This document shows, piece after piece, positions 1 to 11,174 of a stretch of 64,000 bases of DNA. Under the pieces are notes generated by a model. It had not been told where the DNA came from. It was given only the letters and a program-made list of their open reading frames with translations, and ran no database searches. The stretch comes from Octopus bimaculoides (lineage: Eukaryota). Within the stretch, counting starts at the first letter, position 1; every line of letters starts with the position of its first letter. Made by a program: the position numbers and the translations under genes. The stretch spans positions 11,819,750-11,883,749 of the forward strand of contig NC_068998.1 in assembly GCF_001194135.2 (NCBI RefSeq). The letters are read 5' to 3'.

Positions 1-399
1 TCTTTTGTTATATTCTACAATCTGTAAGCAAAAGCAGATGTACGGGAGAAAGAGACAGCAAAAATTGTTAATGCCTCATAATTCACACAAGCAAAAGCTG
101 AATGAGCTTTTAAAATCAGACAGCAGAAAAGGAGGATCATCATCATTTTAATCCTCTTTCCCATGCTTGCATGGGTTGGATGGAGTTAATTGAGGCAGAT
201 TTTTTAAGGTCACTAGCCCTCATGGTTCCAAGAAAGTAATAAGGCAATATTTCTCCATGACCAGACAGGTTTCTGCAGAATATTGGAAATAAATGACAGT
301 GACATTCATTTACAATTATCAATGCCAAGGTAACGAGGCAAATACATGCATGCATACATGTGTACACACACACACACACACAGTGAGCTTCTTTCAGTT

Positions 400-545
400 T
401 TCATCCCCCAAATCCATGAGGTTTTGCGCCCCACCGCATCCAACACTAAAGTAGATGTCATTTGCCCAAGGTGGAATGCAGTGGAACTGAAACTGTAACC
501 ATGTGACTGAAAAGCAAACTTCTTAACCATACAACCTTGCCTGCA
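400..545 (-). mobile_element. tRNA-head SINE, family C (..GAAGTTTGCTT..CCACATGGTT..AGTTCCACTGCA..CACCTTGGGCAA..); further copies near 13060, 28995, 32380, 32900, 60230
   Basis: Similarity to the copies at 15145-15460 and 62400-62552. Confidence 0.7.
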
Positions 546-1039
546 CCTAATTGTGAAAATAATAAGGGGACTGAAACCCCAGTAAATTAAATAGCAATTC
601 AAGCCAGTTCCAGAAAATACTTCTACTACAACCAGACCCACTGCTTAACACAGTCTCTGGCAGTTTTATCTAAAAGAATATGTTACACAAAAAAAAAACA
701 AAAAAACTTCAAACCACTTTGGCAAGGGAAGTAAGTCCACATTATCATAAGTAACTTGTTACTTTAGTAGAACTATTGCCATTTAGTAGAACATTGTTCA
801 GGCATTCTCTGAGTGAGATTAACTTCATCACAAAGACAATTCAAAAACCATTTGAAGCAATCATCAAATCCACCACATCATAAATCATGGTTCAGTTGGG
901 GTTGGGATTACACTGCATACTCTGTGAAGAAATTGTTGAAAAAATTTGCTTGAACTGAAATTTCTTTGAGTTCAATTCAAAAATACATAAGTTTTAAGAA
1001 ATTGTTACGCTTACTACCATATTCTGCCTTAGAATTATT

Positions 1040-2178
1040 GTGAATTTCAGTGCCCACGCAGGTTGTTTTGAAGCCACCCTAAGCATCAAAGTCTGGTGAC
1101 TGACCCGAATATAGAGCCAGAGCGCTGACCCTAAAATTTATAAATTTAAAAAACGTGCACAATAAAGCAAATTCTGGAATTAGCTATGTTCTTCAACACC
1201 GAAAGTATTCTTCATAATTTTAATAAACAGCCAAGGATTGAAATTGCCATATCTTATGGAGCATAGGTGGTTGGGTCATTTCAGTGCCATTGCTTCTATA
1301 ATAGAAAATCACTCCAAGATTGTTGGTCTGCACAGAGTCATCAGATTCAAAAATGTGTATTGAGGCAGCTGGAATTTTACATCAAGTTTGTTATAAAAGG
1401 GTTGTTTTTCTAGCCTTTGTTCTTAGCAAATTTTTGCTTGCAATTAGACCAGTAGACAAATAGCTTCAGAGTCACAAATGCGAATATACACCATGGCCTT
1501 GAGATTGCCAAGAGTGAAATTACCAAACTATGAGACTCTTTAATATTTGACGAGATTCTGAAACAAATGAGTCAATTTAATTTTATTGAGGAATGCATGC
1601 ATCAAAAAGCTTGCGGGTCCCAATGTTTTTTCAGATTATGTTGCCAAGGCCCTGGTACTATCACAAGATGACTGGATAATCTTTAATCGCAAAATTTATT
1701 TCGCCATCATTGATGAAAGCTTGGGAGAGCTAGATAATAGAATTTCAGAGCAAAACAACAGCATGCATTCTTCTTTGGCAAGTCTGCTATACCAATCTCT
1801 GAGACATTTTTAGATTTTGATACCTTAAAACCTTTGAGTAATTTAGTTAATTGCTGTCTGAACTTACTGTGGCTAAAGCATACATTTCCAAACAAAACAT
1901 GATGACACTGCTGGACATTTTTGGATCTTTACATATCATACAGGATGCTTTTCCAAATGTTTATCTATTGAATGGTGCAACATTAACATTTGGGTCCAGC
2001 ACAGCCACATCGCTTGCGACACTAACTCGAATTATGACTGTTTCAACGAAATATGAAGGAACTGTGGAAATCAAACCTTGTGATGCTTGCTTCTCTTGAG
2101 AAATACAAATTAATTATGGACAAGGACGATTTTCTTAAAGTTTTTGCATTGCGTCGCCATAGACTGCAGTTGTATTGA
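1040..2178 (+). mobile_element. Decayed hAT-superfamily (ZMYM1-like) transposase fragment, C-terminal half
   Basis: Frameshifted and stop-interrupted segments EAAGILHQV..FLAFVLSKFL..*LQS, IYFAIIDESLGELDNRISE, DAFPNVY..LTFGSSTAT and SNLVMLASLEK..DDFLKVFALRRHRLQLY*, collinear with the hAT C-terminal dimerisation region. The 5' boundary is uncertain. Confidence 0.7.
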
Positions 2179-3079
2179 ATAAATGTAACCTGATTTTATT
2201 TTGTGAATTTTTTTGGAAAATGTAATCAAATTTACAAGCAGTATGATTTTTAGAGTTCTGTTCAGTACCCCCAGCTATCAAGATACCTCCTCCACCCAGT
2301 TGCAATCAGCCAGCTATGTACCTGTCACCAGCTTATTGCTCTCTTCAGCAACTAGACAATACAGGTCATTTATCAGTTTTTTTACGGGTTAGTCTTTTAT
2401 TTGGACTAAATGTTCCATCTATCACTAGAGACTGTGAAATGGTATGTTTAATATAACATAAAAATTAATTAAAAAACTCTTTTATCAGATTTAGGGCCAT
2501 CACAATCCCATATCAGTTTGAACGACCTTGAGTAAAATGAGCTAAATGTGTGTTTAATATATGTATAATATATACATATTCTAGCAACAGATTTTGTCTT
2601 CCCATTCTACAAGTCAACCTCAATATGAAATCCTTCCTAGGCAGATGCCAGGTAAAAGGAAATCAAGAGAGGAAGAGCTGAGAGATTACACAGGTAGGGA
2701 TACGTGCTGGAGTTTAACCTTATGTTCACATTGATCAAGATCTACAATTAGAGGGTACAGAATGAGACAACTGGGCACAGCTGTTTTGGATGCTGACAAT
2801 TTGGTGTAACAGGCTGACATTCGGCCTGTTTAAGCAAGTTATTCCAGTGCTGGAGGCAAACACATGCACACAAGCACATGCTCAGACACAGATACATACA
2901 GGCACCATAATTTATTAATTGAACACAACTAACAAAAACACTTACTCTCTCCTCATAAACATTGAGAAATACGCATGCACACACACACACACAGAACATG
3001 AAATGCTTGTGTGTAACTTTAGCAAAAGTGAACTATGTATGTTATGGTGAAAGCTGAGGACAATAAAAGGGGTCCCTAC

Positions 3080-3225
3080 CTCGTACTTGCTGCTCTAAGC
3101 TTGTGATCAGGGTGACTGCCTGCTGTAAGATCAGTAATTTAGTCTGTTGTTTGTCATTTGATAGGTGTAAGGAGCACATACGACCCAGCTCCTTAAATGC
3201 TTCATTAATATCTCGTACTCGAACC
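3080..3225 (-). CDS. TCF12: E-protein exon: HLH part (R)[48 protein letters not shown]
   Basis: 146 nt, phase 2 to 1. Acceptor ttttgttatacag, donor G|gtaggg. Near-identical to the E-protein HLH. Confidence 0.98.
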
Positions 3226-4729
3226 CTGTATAACAAAAGAAAACGAAAATGTCCAGAAATAAAAGAATGTTCACAATGAAGTTACCAGCCCAACATTTGC
3301 ATTTTGGTAGGCTTACCGAAATTCAGAATTCTGTTAGTGTACTATTTTGACATTAAAAAAAAAAAAAAAAGTCTTTTCAAACTGTTTACTTATTGATTTC
3401 TGTCTGTGTGCACTGTACATATAACCCAAGGTAAATGGTATACCCGCAACCAAAACAACTCAAATTACTTTCAAAGCTTAGCTGAGTGCAAGACCGAGAA
3501 GATCAAGAGGGAAGTACAAATGTATATGAAGCTGAACGGGGGAAAAGAAATGGAACAAATAATACCAAAGACAGCTAAATGTGTTCACAAAGAGCAACTC
3601 AAGTGACAGTTTCACCAATTCAGATATAGGTAAACCCAAAGCTTGGATAGCAGAAGAAATGAAGGAGTAGGTTTTATTCCAAGTCTAAAGAGGCTGAATG
3701 ATGGGGCAACTGCTAACACTTGTTAGAAGATATAATTAAATGAGTTTTGTAGTACAGGACAAAATTATGATTCCGATAACAAAAGCAATAGTCAAGTGAA
3801 TCAAACTCGGTAAGCGAAACTCAAATGACAACTAAGAACCCAAATTCAGGAAGAAAATAATTTCTTGGAATTTAAAAAAAGAAATCTTCTTTTAACAGTT
3901 GAACTTTTCAAAACTTTGCACAAATGCAGTTACATATTTTTGGCACAAAGAAAAAAAAACTTTTCCTCAGTAAAGTCACAAGACTGGTGGTAAATATGAA
4001 GTGGAAATAAATAACAGCCTCCTAGAATGTGAAGAACCAAAATGCAAAAACGAAAGGAAAACTACACAAAATATCAATTGTAAACAAAGTAAAATATCAT
4101 TTAACTTCAGCAAAATCATCTCAAAATACCCAAACTTTACATAAAAGTAAGAAAGAAAGAGGAAGTGAATAATCTAATAAATGGTGCAAACTTTAAAATT
4201 GTGACATAAAGAAATTGCCCCACCCTTCCCTCTTGCAGCTAAAATAAGCAAATAACATTCCACAGCCATGAAAATATCTTTATATTAGAAATAGAATCAA
4301 CAGATAAAAACTAAAAATGTCATCCTGTAGCTCTGTTCCATCATGATGAACGCACATGGAAATAAGTAATAATCTACATTTAATTTGAAAATTATGTTAG
4401 TATTTAAATGACTATAATTATAATAATAATAATGATAATAAAGTACACACAATATCTTCAATCTACAACACTGGATACTGTGCGACATCTTCAATATTAA
4501 TAATAATAACGGTTTATTTTTAAATAGAAAATACAAAAATGATGCCACAAGCATGCTGGCTTAACTAGTAACTTCCAGCAATGAAAAAGAAAAAAAAAAA
4601 AACAGAAAAAAGAAAAGAAAAATCATTGTTTACAGAAAGCTGAAAATTTAAGAATGGTGAACGTTCACACATTCTTTTTGTTTTTGGTTTTTTACTTTGA
4701 TTTCCGACAAGTTTCTGCAAGGTGAGTTT

Positions 4730-4845
4730 CTAAAACAGCTGTCTGCAAGAACAGTTGGGCAAGTTAAACAGCTGTCTATAAGAAGAACAGTTGGGCGAGT
4801 TAAACAGCTGTCTGCAAAAACAGTTGGGCATGTGCACAGATGTCT
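4730..4845. repeat. Tandem repeat, three 33-36 bp units, rich in E-boxes
   Basis: Unit approx. aaacagctgtctgcaagaacagttgggcaagtt starting near 4733, 4766 and 4802. Confidence 0.9.
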
Positions 4846-5073
4846 GTTCAAGTTTAAAGTAAAAGGGCAGAGAACAACTTGCATGGCTCATAAGGTTAAC
4901 AAATACCATTCCATTTTCCTTAAATTTACAAACATAATGGAACAGCTTTAATTCAATGAATGGAAATTTTAACGTGCTTCATGTAAATTATAGCAACACT
5001 AGGGAAACAGTAACAACAACTTTATGTCTAAATAAACTTTGCCTATTTCACAACAGAGGAATAACTACAATAC

Positions 5074-5157
5074 CTTTCACGTGCATTATTTGCTTGTCTG
5101 CGTAATCTTTCTCGTTCAGCTTTAGCTTCGGGTGAATCATCTTCATCGCCATCACTG
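5074..5157 (-). CDS. TCF12: E-protein exon: acidic stretch and basic region (S)SDGDEDDSPEAKAERERLRRQANNARE(R)
   Basis: 84 nt, phase 2 to 2. Acceptor ttattttcaatag (tandem TAGCAG), donor AG|gtattg. Matches the E-protein RRxANNARER basic region. Confidence 0.96.
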
Positions 5158-7530
5158 CTATTGAAAATAACAAAAGTATAAAATATAGATGACTGCTTAA
5201 ATATAGACGATTGTATAAAGCACTAACTGTAACATTTTCTACCAATAAAGATAACTGTAAATACCACTTAATGCTTAATCGCTTACAAAATTCAAACAAA
5301 GAAATCCACCACTTTCAAACAAAATATTTGCTGTAGCCAGAATTAATTTTAGAGAGTTAATGTAAGGAAGAAATATTTTAAATCCTTAACTAGAACATTT
5401 AAAAGACACAAAAGAAAAAAAAATCCATCCAAAACTTTAATAAACTCCCATTTTTTTACATTTCTCATAAATCAGTCATCCCAATGACCCTACATTAACA
5501 TATTATCATCTTAAAATATCCCTTCATTTTCTATATTAACAATATAACACTTTCTCCAGTAATTACCAGTTAAAGGAAAAGCAAAACTCACATTGATTAG
5601 GTCAAAATTAAGCCCCAACAGGAAGCCTCAGAATAGTTTAAACTAACATTAGCATATTATTACTGGGACATTTAGCATTGAACCAGCAAGATTTGAAATT
5701 GGAACCAAGAGGGACAAATCTAAATACTGCAATGTAACCTATATTTTCAATTAATCCCACAACTGGATTGGAATTTTCACAACTTATAAATCCCAGCACC
5801 TTAATTTTGATAGCATCCTGCATGAGACTCTGCATTTTATACTATAAGACAGTTCTTTAAGTGTTATACTTCAATTTAAATGTTCAGCTGTAATTCTATG
5901 TAAGAATCTTTCCAAACTCTAGCTTAATGATGGAAAAGTTAGATTATTAAATCCTTGCAAATTCTTAAAATATCTTCAAAATCAGTTGAAACACATTTTG
6001 AATAAATAATAAATTAGGTAACTAAAAGGTTTAAAGATCTATCTATTCATAAGTGAATCCTTACAGAATATCAAACCAGTTATTCACAGCAATGGATTGT
6101 TCTTCATCAGCATGTGAATATTTACATGAATAAACTTGAAAAGTTTAAAGAGGGGAAAAGGAAAAAAGAATATTTTTTATTCATTCATCATTTTAACATT
6201 CACTTTTTTTTCTTCTATACTTGCATGGGTCCAAAGGTTATTATTGAAGCAGATTTTCTACTGTCAGATCCACTTCTTGTCATCAACATTCACCTGCTTC
6301 CAAGCAAGGTAATAATATTTCTCTGTGACCAGACATATTCACATTTACAAAGAGACGGACATTTAAAAGAACAAACCAAGTTTATACATTTGTTTCATTT
6401 GTTAAAACAAGAATTTCTTTTTGAAGCTGGATGTTTTTCAGAGACCAAACTGCTTTTTTGCCATTATATCTTTGAGACATTTCAGGAATGAGGGGACCTG
6501 CAACCTTCTAGAAGTCCACTAGGACCACTTTTACATAACACTAGGAGAGATTTGACTATTTTGGGCAAACAATTACATATCAATTACATCATTGAGTTCT
6601 TTTTGCATTTTATGACAACCACCACCAAATGTCTCCTTCAGTTTGGACATAAATCGCTATTTCTTCCAGGTATGCTTTCACTTTGCAGCAAAACTAATAT
6701 TTCAATTTTTGCAATTCCTTTCATTAAATTAACAATAAATTCATTAACATCATCATCATCATCATTTAATGTCCGTTTCCATGCTGGCATGGCTTTTCTA
6801 TTATACAATTGAAACATTATTATAAATTATTTGATAACTATATGTGAATTTTTAACAAGAGATAATTACAAACTGATCTGAACAATTTTTCCATGGCAGC
6901 ATGGGTTGGACAGTCAGACAAGAACGACAAGCCAGATGGCTGTGCTGAAATCCAGCTGGTTGCCTTTCCTAATGCCAAACACTTTACAGAGGTGTACTGG
7001 GTGCATTTTTTCCATATATGCATGTGTGTGTGTTTTTTTTTTCATAAAATATAATCAGCAGGAAGATACAGAAGTATCACAAAGGCCAAGAGTTTTGTGC
7101 ATGGCAAGTGATAAATGCCACATACAAATACACACACACACACATGTATGTTTGTAAACAAAAGAAATGAGCACTCAGTAAATTTGTGTATGGCACAGAT
7201 TTGAAAGACATGAAGAAAAAAAAAAGTTATGATAAATAAGCAACGTACACGTCAGGATTTTCCGGAAACAACTTGTTTCTGAAAATATATAAAAATATAT
7301 TTAGAATAAATTAAACAACAGAAATTAAACACAATTTCTTACTTCTTTTAGATAAATTATATATGATACATTTACATAACGTTACTCAATTTTTGTATTT
7401 AGAATCTTAAGGTTATGACAAAGGAAGTAAAAGAAACTGTTCCGTATTGGGAAATAAGTAGCAATCAATTTGTTTGGAAGACACATATCAAGCCATTCAA
7501 AAACACACAAAAATTGTTAACTTCGTTTAA

Positions 7531-7641
7531 ACATCATCATCATCGTTTAACGTCTGCCTTCCATGCTAGCATGGGTTGGATGATTTGACTGAGGACTGGT
7601 GAACCAGATGGCTACACCAGGCTCCAATCTGATTTGGCAAA
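7531..7641 (-). mobile_element. SINE family B, 3' fragment with (GAT)n tail
   Basis: Near-identical to 17945-18050 and 29570-29670. Confidence 0.85.
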
Positions 7642-7672
7642 CATTTAATATTTGGAATCAAAATTTTCACAG

Positions 7673-8054
7673 GACCAATTGTGATCTGGTCATTGACATA
7701 GTTCCACCGCAACTGGTTTGAGATGAGGTTGTTGGTCAGAGTATGTAGGCTCCAGAATTATAAATGTAGTGTTTCCAGTCATGTAGGTCAGTCGTTCTGA
7801 TTTGTCAATGCCCGGTGCTTATAGTTTATCAGTTAATTCGATACTCGGTTGTACTCCACACATCCTCTCTTCCCTCTTTCTTTCAGTGGGGTCTCCTTTC
7901 ACATTGTGAATTACAACCAAATACTAAGTTAACTGACCAACTATAAAATTTATAATCCTAAAACTTAGATATATATATATATATATGCTGACCAACAACC
8001 TTGCCTCAAACCAGTTGCAGTGGAACAGTGTCAGTGACCAGGTTGCAGTTGGAC
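7673..8054. mobile_element. Foldback/MITE-like element with about 67-bp terminal inverted repeats and an inner inverted repeat
   Basis: 7673-7739 is approximately the reverse complement of 7988-8054. Inner arms lie at about 7818-7855 and 7910-7945. Confidence 0.8.
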
Positions 8055-8099
8055 AAAACTTTTGACATGTTTATAATAAATGCCTAAGTTAACAACGGA

Positions 8100-8298
8100 T
8101 TCAAGCACACTGGGCAAAATGCCAAAATGCTTAGCAGCATGTCATCCGTCTTTATGTTCTGAGTTCAAATTCAACCAGGGTTGACTTTGTCTTTCATCCT
8201 TTCAGGGTCAATAAAAATAAGTGCCAGTTGAGCACTGGGGGTCGATGTAATAGACTTACCCGTCCCCTGAAATTGCTGGCCTTGTGCCAAAATTTGTA
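8100..8298 (+). mobile_element. tRNA-derived SINE, family A (B-box GAGTTCAAATTC followed by GACTTTGYCTTTCATCCTTT..GTCRATAAAA core)
   Basis: B-box-like motif and a core shared with many minus-strand copies in the window. The core resembles the Deu/Nin SINE domain (from memory). Confidence 0.8.
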
Positions 8299-8396
8299 AG
8301 CCTGTAATTGTTTTAGTTTCAAGTCACAGTCCTAAATCAAATCGCTTGCCTAGCAAATACATCTTTGAAATTATTAATAAGCTATCTTGAACTTAC

Positions 8397-8553
8397 CTAG
8401 CTCGTTTTGAAGGGGGTGCATTTGAGTTCCCAGGTGAGCTATTTTTTTCCAATGTAATGCTATCACTTTTTGAAGCTTCTGTGTCGGACTGCATTTTGTC
8501 AGATTTTTCAACTTTAATCGTTGGCCCCTCTGAGGACTGATTACCAGATGATG
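8397..8553 (-). CDS. TCF12: E-protein exon: (A)SSGNQSSEGPTIKVEKSDKMQSDTEASKSDSITLEKNSSPGNSNAPPSKRA
   Basis: 157 nt, phase 1 to 2. Acceptor cttttttttctctag, donor AG|gtaagt. Contains an IKVE SUMO-consensus and a PSKRA basic patch, and fits the phases of both neighbours. Confidence 0.9.
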
Positions 8554-8659
8554 CTAGAGAAAAAAAGTTGTGGGGAAAGACAGACCATAATTAAAAAATT
8601 AAAATAATGTTAAATGATTAAAACACTTGTTTAAAAAAAGAAACAAAGTACAGAATTCA

Positions 8660-8830
8660 TCATCAGCATCATCATTTAATGCTAGCATGGACTGTATGGT
8701 TTGATAGGATCCCTTGGGCCCAAGAACTGCAATGTGTTCCAGTGTGCTTTGGAACGGTGTCTAAAGCTGGATGCCCTTCCTTAAGCCAACAGCTTTACAT
8801 CATGTACCAGGTGCTTTTTTCTGTGCCACC
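8660..8830 (-). mobile_element. SINE family B copy; additional decayed copies at about 143-300, 6170-6340, 6760-7010, 9150-9420, 13550-13900, 17380-17720, 21760-22020 (+), 58270-58460
   Basis: catcatcatttaatgctagcatgg tail and ctggatgcccttcc core. Confidence 0.75.
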
Positions 8831-9500
8831 AGCACAAGTAAGGTCAGCATGCAGCTCACAAAAAACCTGAGGGGAAGTGGGTAAGGTACAAGAGCAGGTT
8901 CTTGTAGAGGAGTTACATGGCAAGTGAGAATGTTCAGTTGGAGCTTTGGAGCTGCAAAGACATAAATATAAATAGTGGTGATGAGGAGTTCAGGTGGCTC
9001 CTCAAGGTACGAGGTGAGCAGAAGTGAATGGGAACAGAAAAACTAGGAGTGTGGGTGAGTAGGGGTTTGCAAAGAGTGAACAGAGAAGCAAGAGATGGGA
9101 AGTAGACAACGTCTGTAAAGATAGAGTAGATGTAAGAATTGCCGTTGTCGTCATTATTATTATTTAATGTGTTTTCCATGATGGCATGGGTTGGAGGGTT
9201 TGACAGGGGCTGGCAAGGCTGGGAGGCAAACCAAGCTCCAATTATTGTTTTGGCATGGTTTTTACAGCCAGATGCCCTTTCTAATGCCAACCATTTTACA
9301 GAGTATACTGGGTGCTTTTTATGTAGCACCAGCAATATTAGTGCATATTGCTTTTTACGAGGTACCAGCATTGGTGCTTTTTACATAGCATAATTACTGA
9401 CAGGGTCACTAAGTACCTTGCAAGAAAGAAGAAAGGCAAAAGGCAAATATAACTATAAGTTGAAACTAAGAAAACAATGAAAGAAATTGACAATACAAAC

Positions 9501-9573
9501 CATCAAATGGTTTCTGATCTGGGACAGCTGATAAACCACCTTGTCCTCTACCCTCTAGCGAAGAATGACTTCC
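9501..9573 (-). CDS. TCF12: E-protein exon: GSHSSLEGRGQGGLSAVPDQKPFD
   Basis: 73 nt, phase 0 to 1. Strong acceptor ttttctattttatttcag, donor G|gtttgt. It supplies the phase shift needed between exons 12503 and 8553. The donor is uncertain (alternative at 9540). Confidence 0.75.
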
Positions 9574-10251
9574 CTGAAATAAAATAGAAAATACATGAAT
9601 CTTTGTGTATTTGTACAAATGCATCTACACAGAGGAAGAGGGGGAAATTATCAAATAAATTCCATTTAGATAATTAATTAGGTCTAGGGACTGAAACACT
9701 TTCTTACAATTAACTTGATTTTGTTACTAATGACACAAATATTTGAAATTTTCCTTTGTTTTATTTATACATTACGTAACGGTAGTTCATTAGTTGTAGC
9801 AGTGTATCAGTATTATGGGATAGATAGAGAGAGAGAGGGATATATATATATATATATATATATATGTATAGGACCACTGTTGGTAATATAAGACTGTCTT
9901 GTATTAGGAGATGTAGCTATTTCAGAAAATGACAGAAGCCAACGTACTGGGCTAAAGGATAACAATATAGAGAGATATTATTTGCTTTGAAGGCAACAAA
10001 CTTGTTATGATAATACTCAGACAATTCCTAACAAGATAAAAAAATTTTTGTCTTGAGGTTTTGCTTCATAACAAGCACCCAATGACATTAAATTTGAGAA
10101 CCAATAGAAACTGCTAAACAGGATATAATGTGCTTCGATGGTCACACTGCTCAGTACAATATCCACTGATAGTTACATTACACCCCAAGTCTTAGGCATT
10201 CATTTAAGCTACCATTTCAACAAAATCTTTTATCATTTGAGCCAAAGTCAT

Positions 10252-10481
10252 GTTAAACCTTTTAGCTTTTAGATGACCCTACCAAGTGTAAAGCTTATTT
10301 ATTCACATTGTTTTGAATCAATTCTGTGTTATAGCTTTAAAATTTCAATGATGTGACTGTTTATGTTTAGAATGACATTGACATTGTAGGGCAAGTGTGA
10401 GAGAACATAGCTGGTCAGTGTGAACATAAAACAGGGTGAACACTAGAGCCACATATCACCAATTTAAATGTTAAAGAGTCA
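10252..10481 (+). mobile_element. TTAA MITE family 1 copy (decayed)
   Basis: Similar along its length to 37359-37577. Confidence 0.7.
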
Positions 10482-10829
10482 CTAGGTGTCAACAATGCAA
10501 AGAATTTAGAAAGAGTTGGATGAATCTAATGGTGATTATAAAGGTATGGTAGCTCATAAAATTCACTCTGATTTTTCTGAGAAGAAAAAACTCCTGTATT
10601 TGACCATGATTGACAATGATCCCTTCGAAGAACAAAATTTTGAAACAATATGTTACAAATAAAGCTATGAGCTCAACCACTGTAACTCAATAAGAGACAG
10701 CAAATATAGTGAAGGAAAAACAATACAGATCGAAGGCTAAAAAAAGTCAACGGTCTAATAAATACATATAACACATTTCAGAAATACAGACATGTATGTG
10801 AAGAGGCTTTGTTTTCAATAAGTCAATCT

Positions 10830-11032
10830 TTTAGAACTCAAACTGGCCACATCCAGCCCAAATATTCTACCTGTTTTATGTTTAAACAGTCTCTCACACC
10901 CTAAAATGTTGTCCTAAAATTAAACAATCAAATCACCAAAATTTGAAAGCTACAAGAAAATGCATGATTAATTCAAAACAAAGTGAATAAATAAACATAG
11001 TTGATAGAATAATCTGAATGCTAAAGGGTTAA
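10830..11032 (-). mobile_element. TTAA MITE family 1 copy, opposite orientation
   Basis: Ends in aatgctaaaggg-TTAA and is reverse-complement similar to 37359-37577. Confidence 0.75.
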
Positions 11033-11132
11033 GACACTTTAAGTGCATATCCCATTCAACATCTTTGAGATTACCATCACAACTGTTAACATCATCAACA
11101 GACAACAGAGGGATGCTGTAGACTAAGAAAGC

Positions 11133-11174
<42 letters not shown>

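Noticed and set aside
1-3077. Search for the next coding exon (ERNLNPKAACLKRREEEK)
   Set aside because: No matching reverse-complement sequence was found by eye. It probably lies left of the window.
4716-4726. Plus-strand consensus donor CAAG|GTGAGT next to the E-box array
   Set aside because: It is antisense to the gene, and there is no convincing upstream exon or acceptor.
4733-4830. CRISPR-like repeat-spacer array
   Set aside because: The context is eukaryotic, and the units are contiguous tandem copies without unique spacers.
5158-8396. Duplicated, mutually exclusive bHLH exons (E12/E47-like)
   Set aside because: No second basic or HLH exon is visible in the introns around the bHLH.
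3133-8553. Alternative reading frame open for about 110 codons across exons 8553, 5157 and 3225
   Set aside because: This is expected because the true frame has few codons with T at position 2, so stops in that frame are rare.
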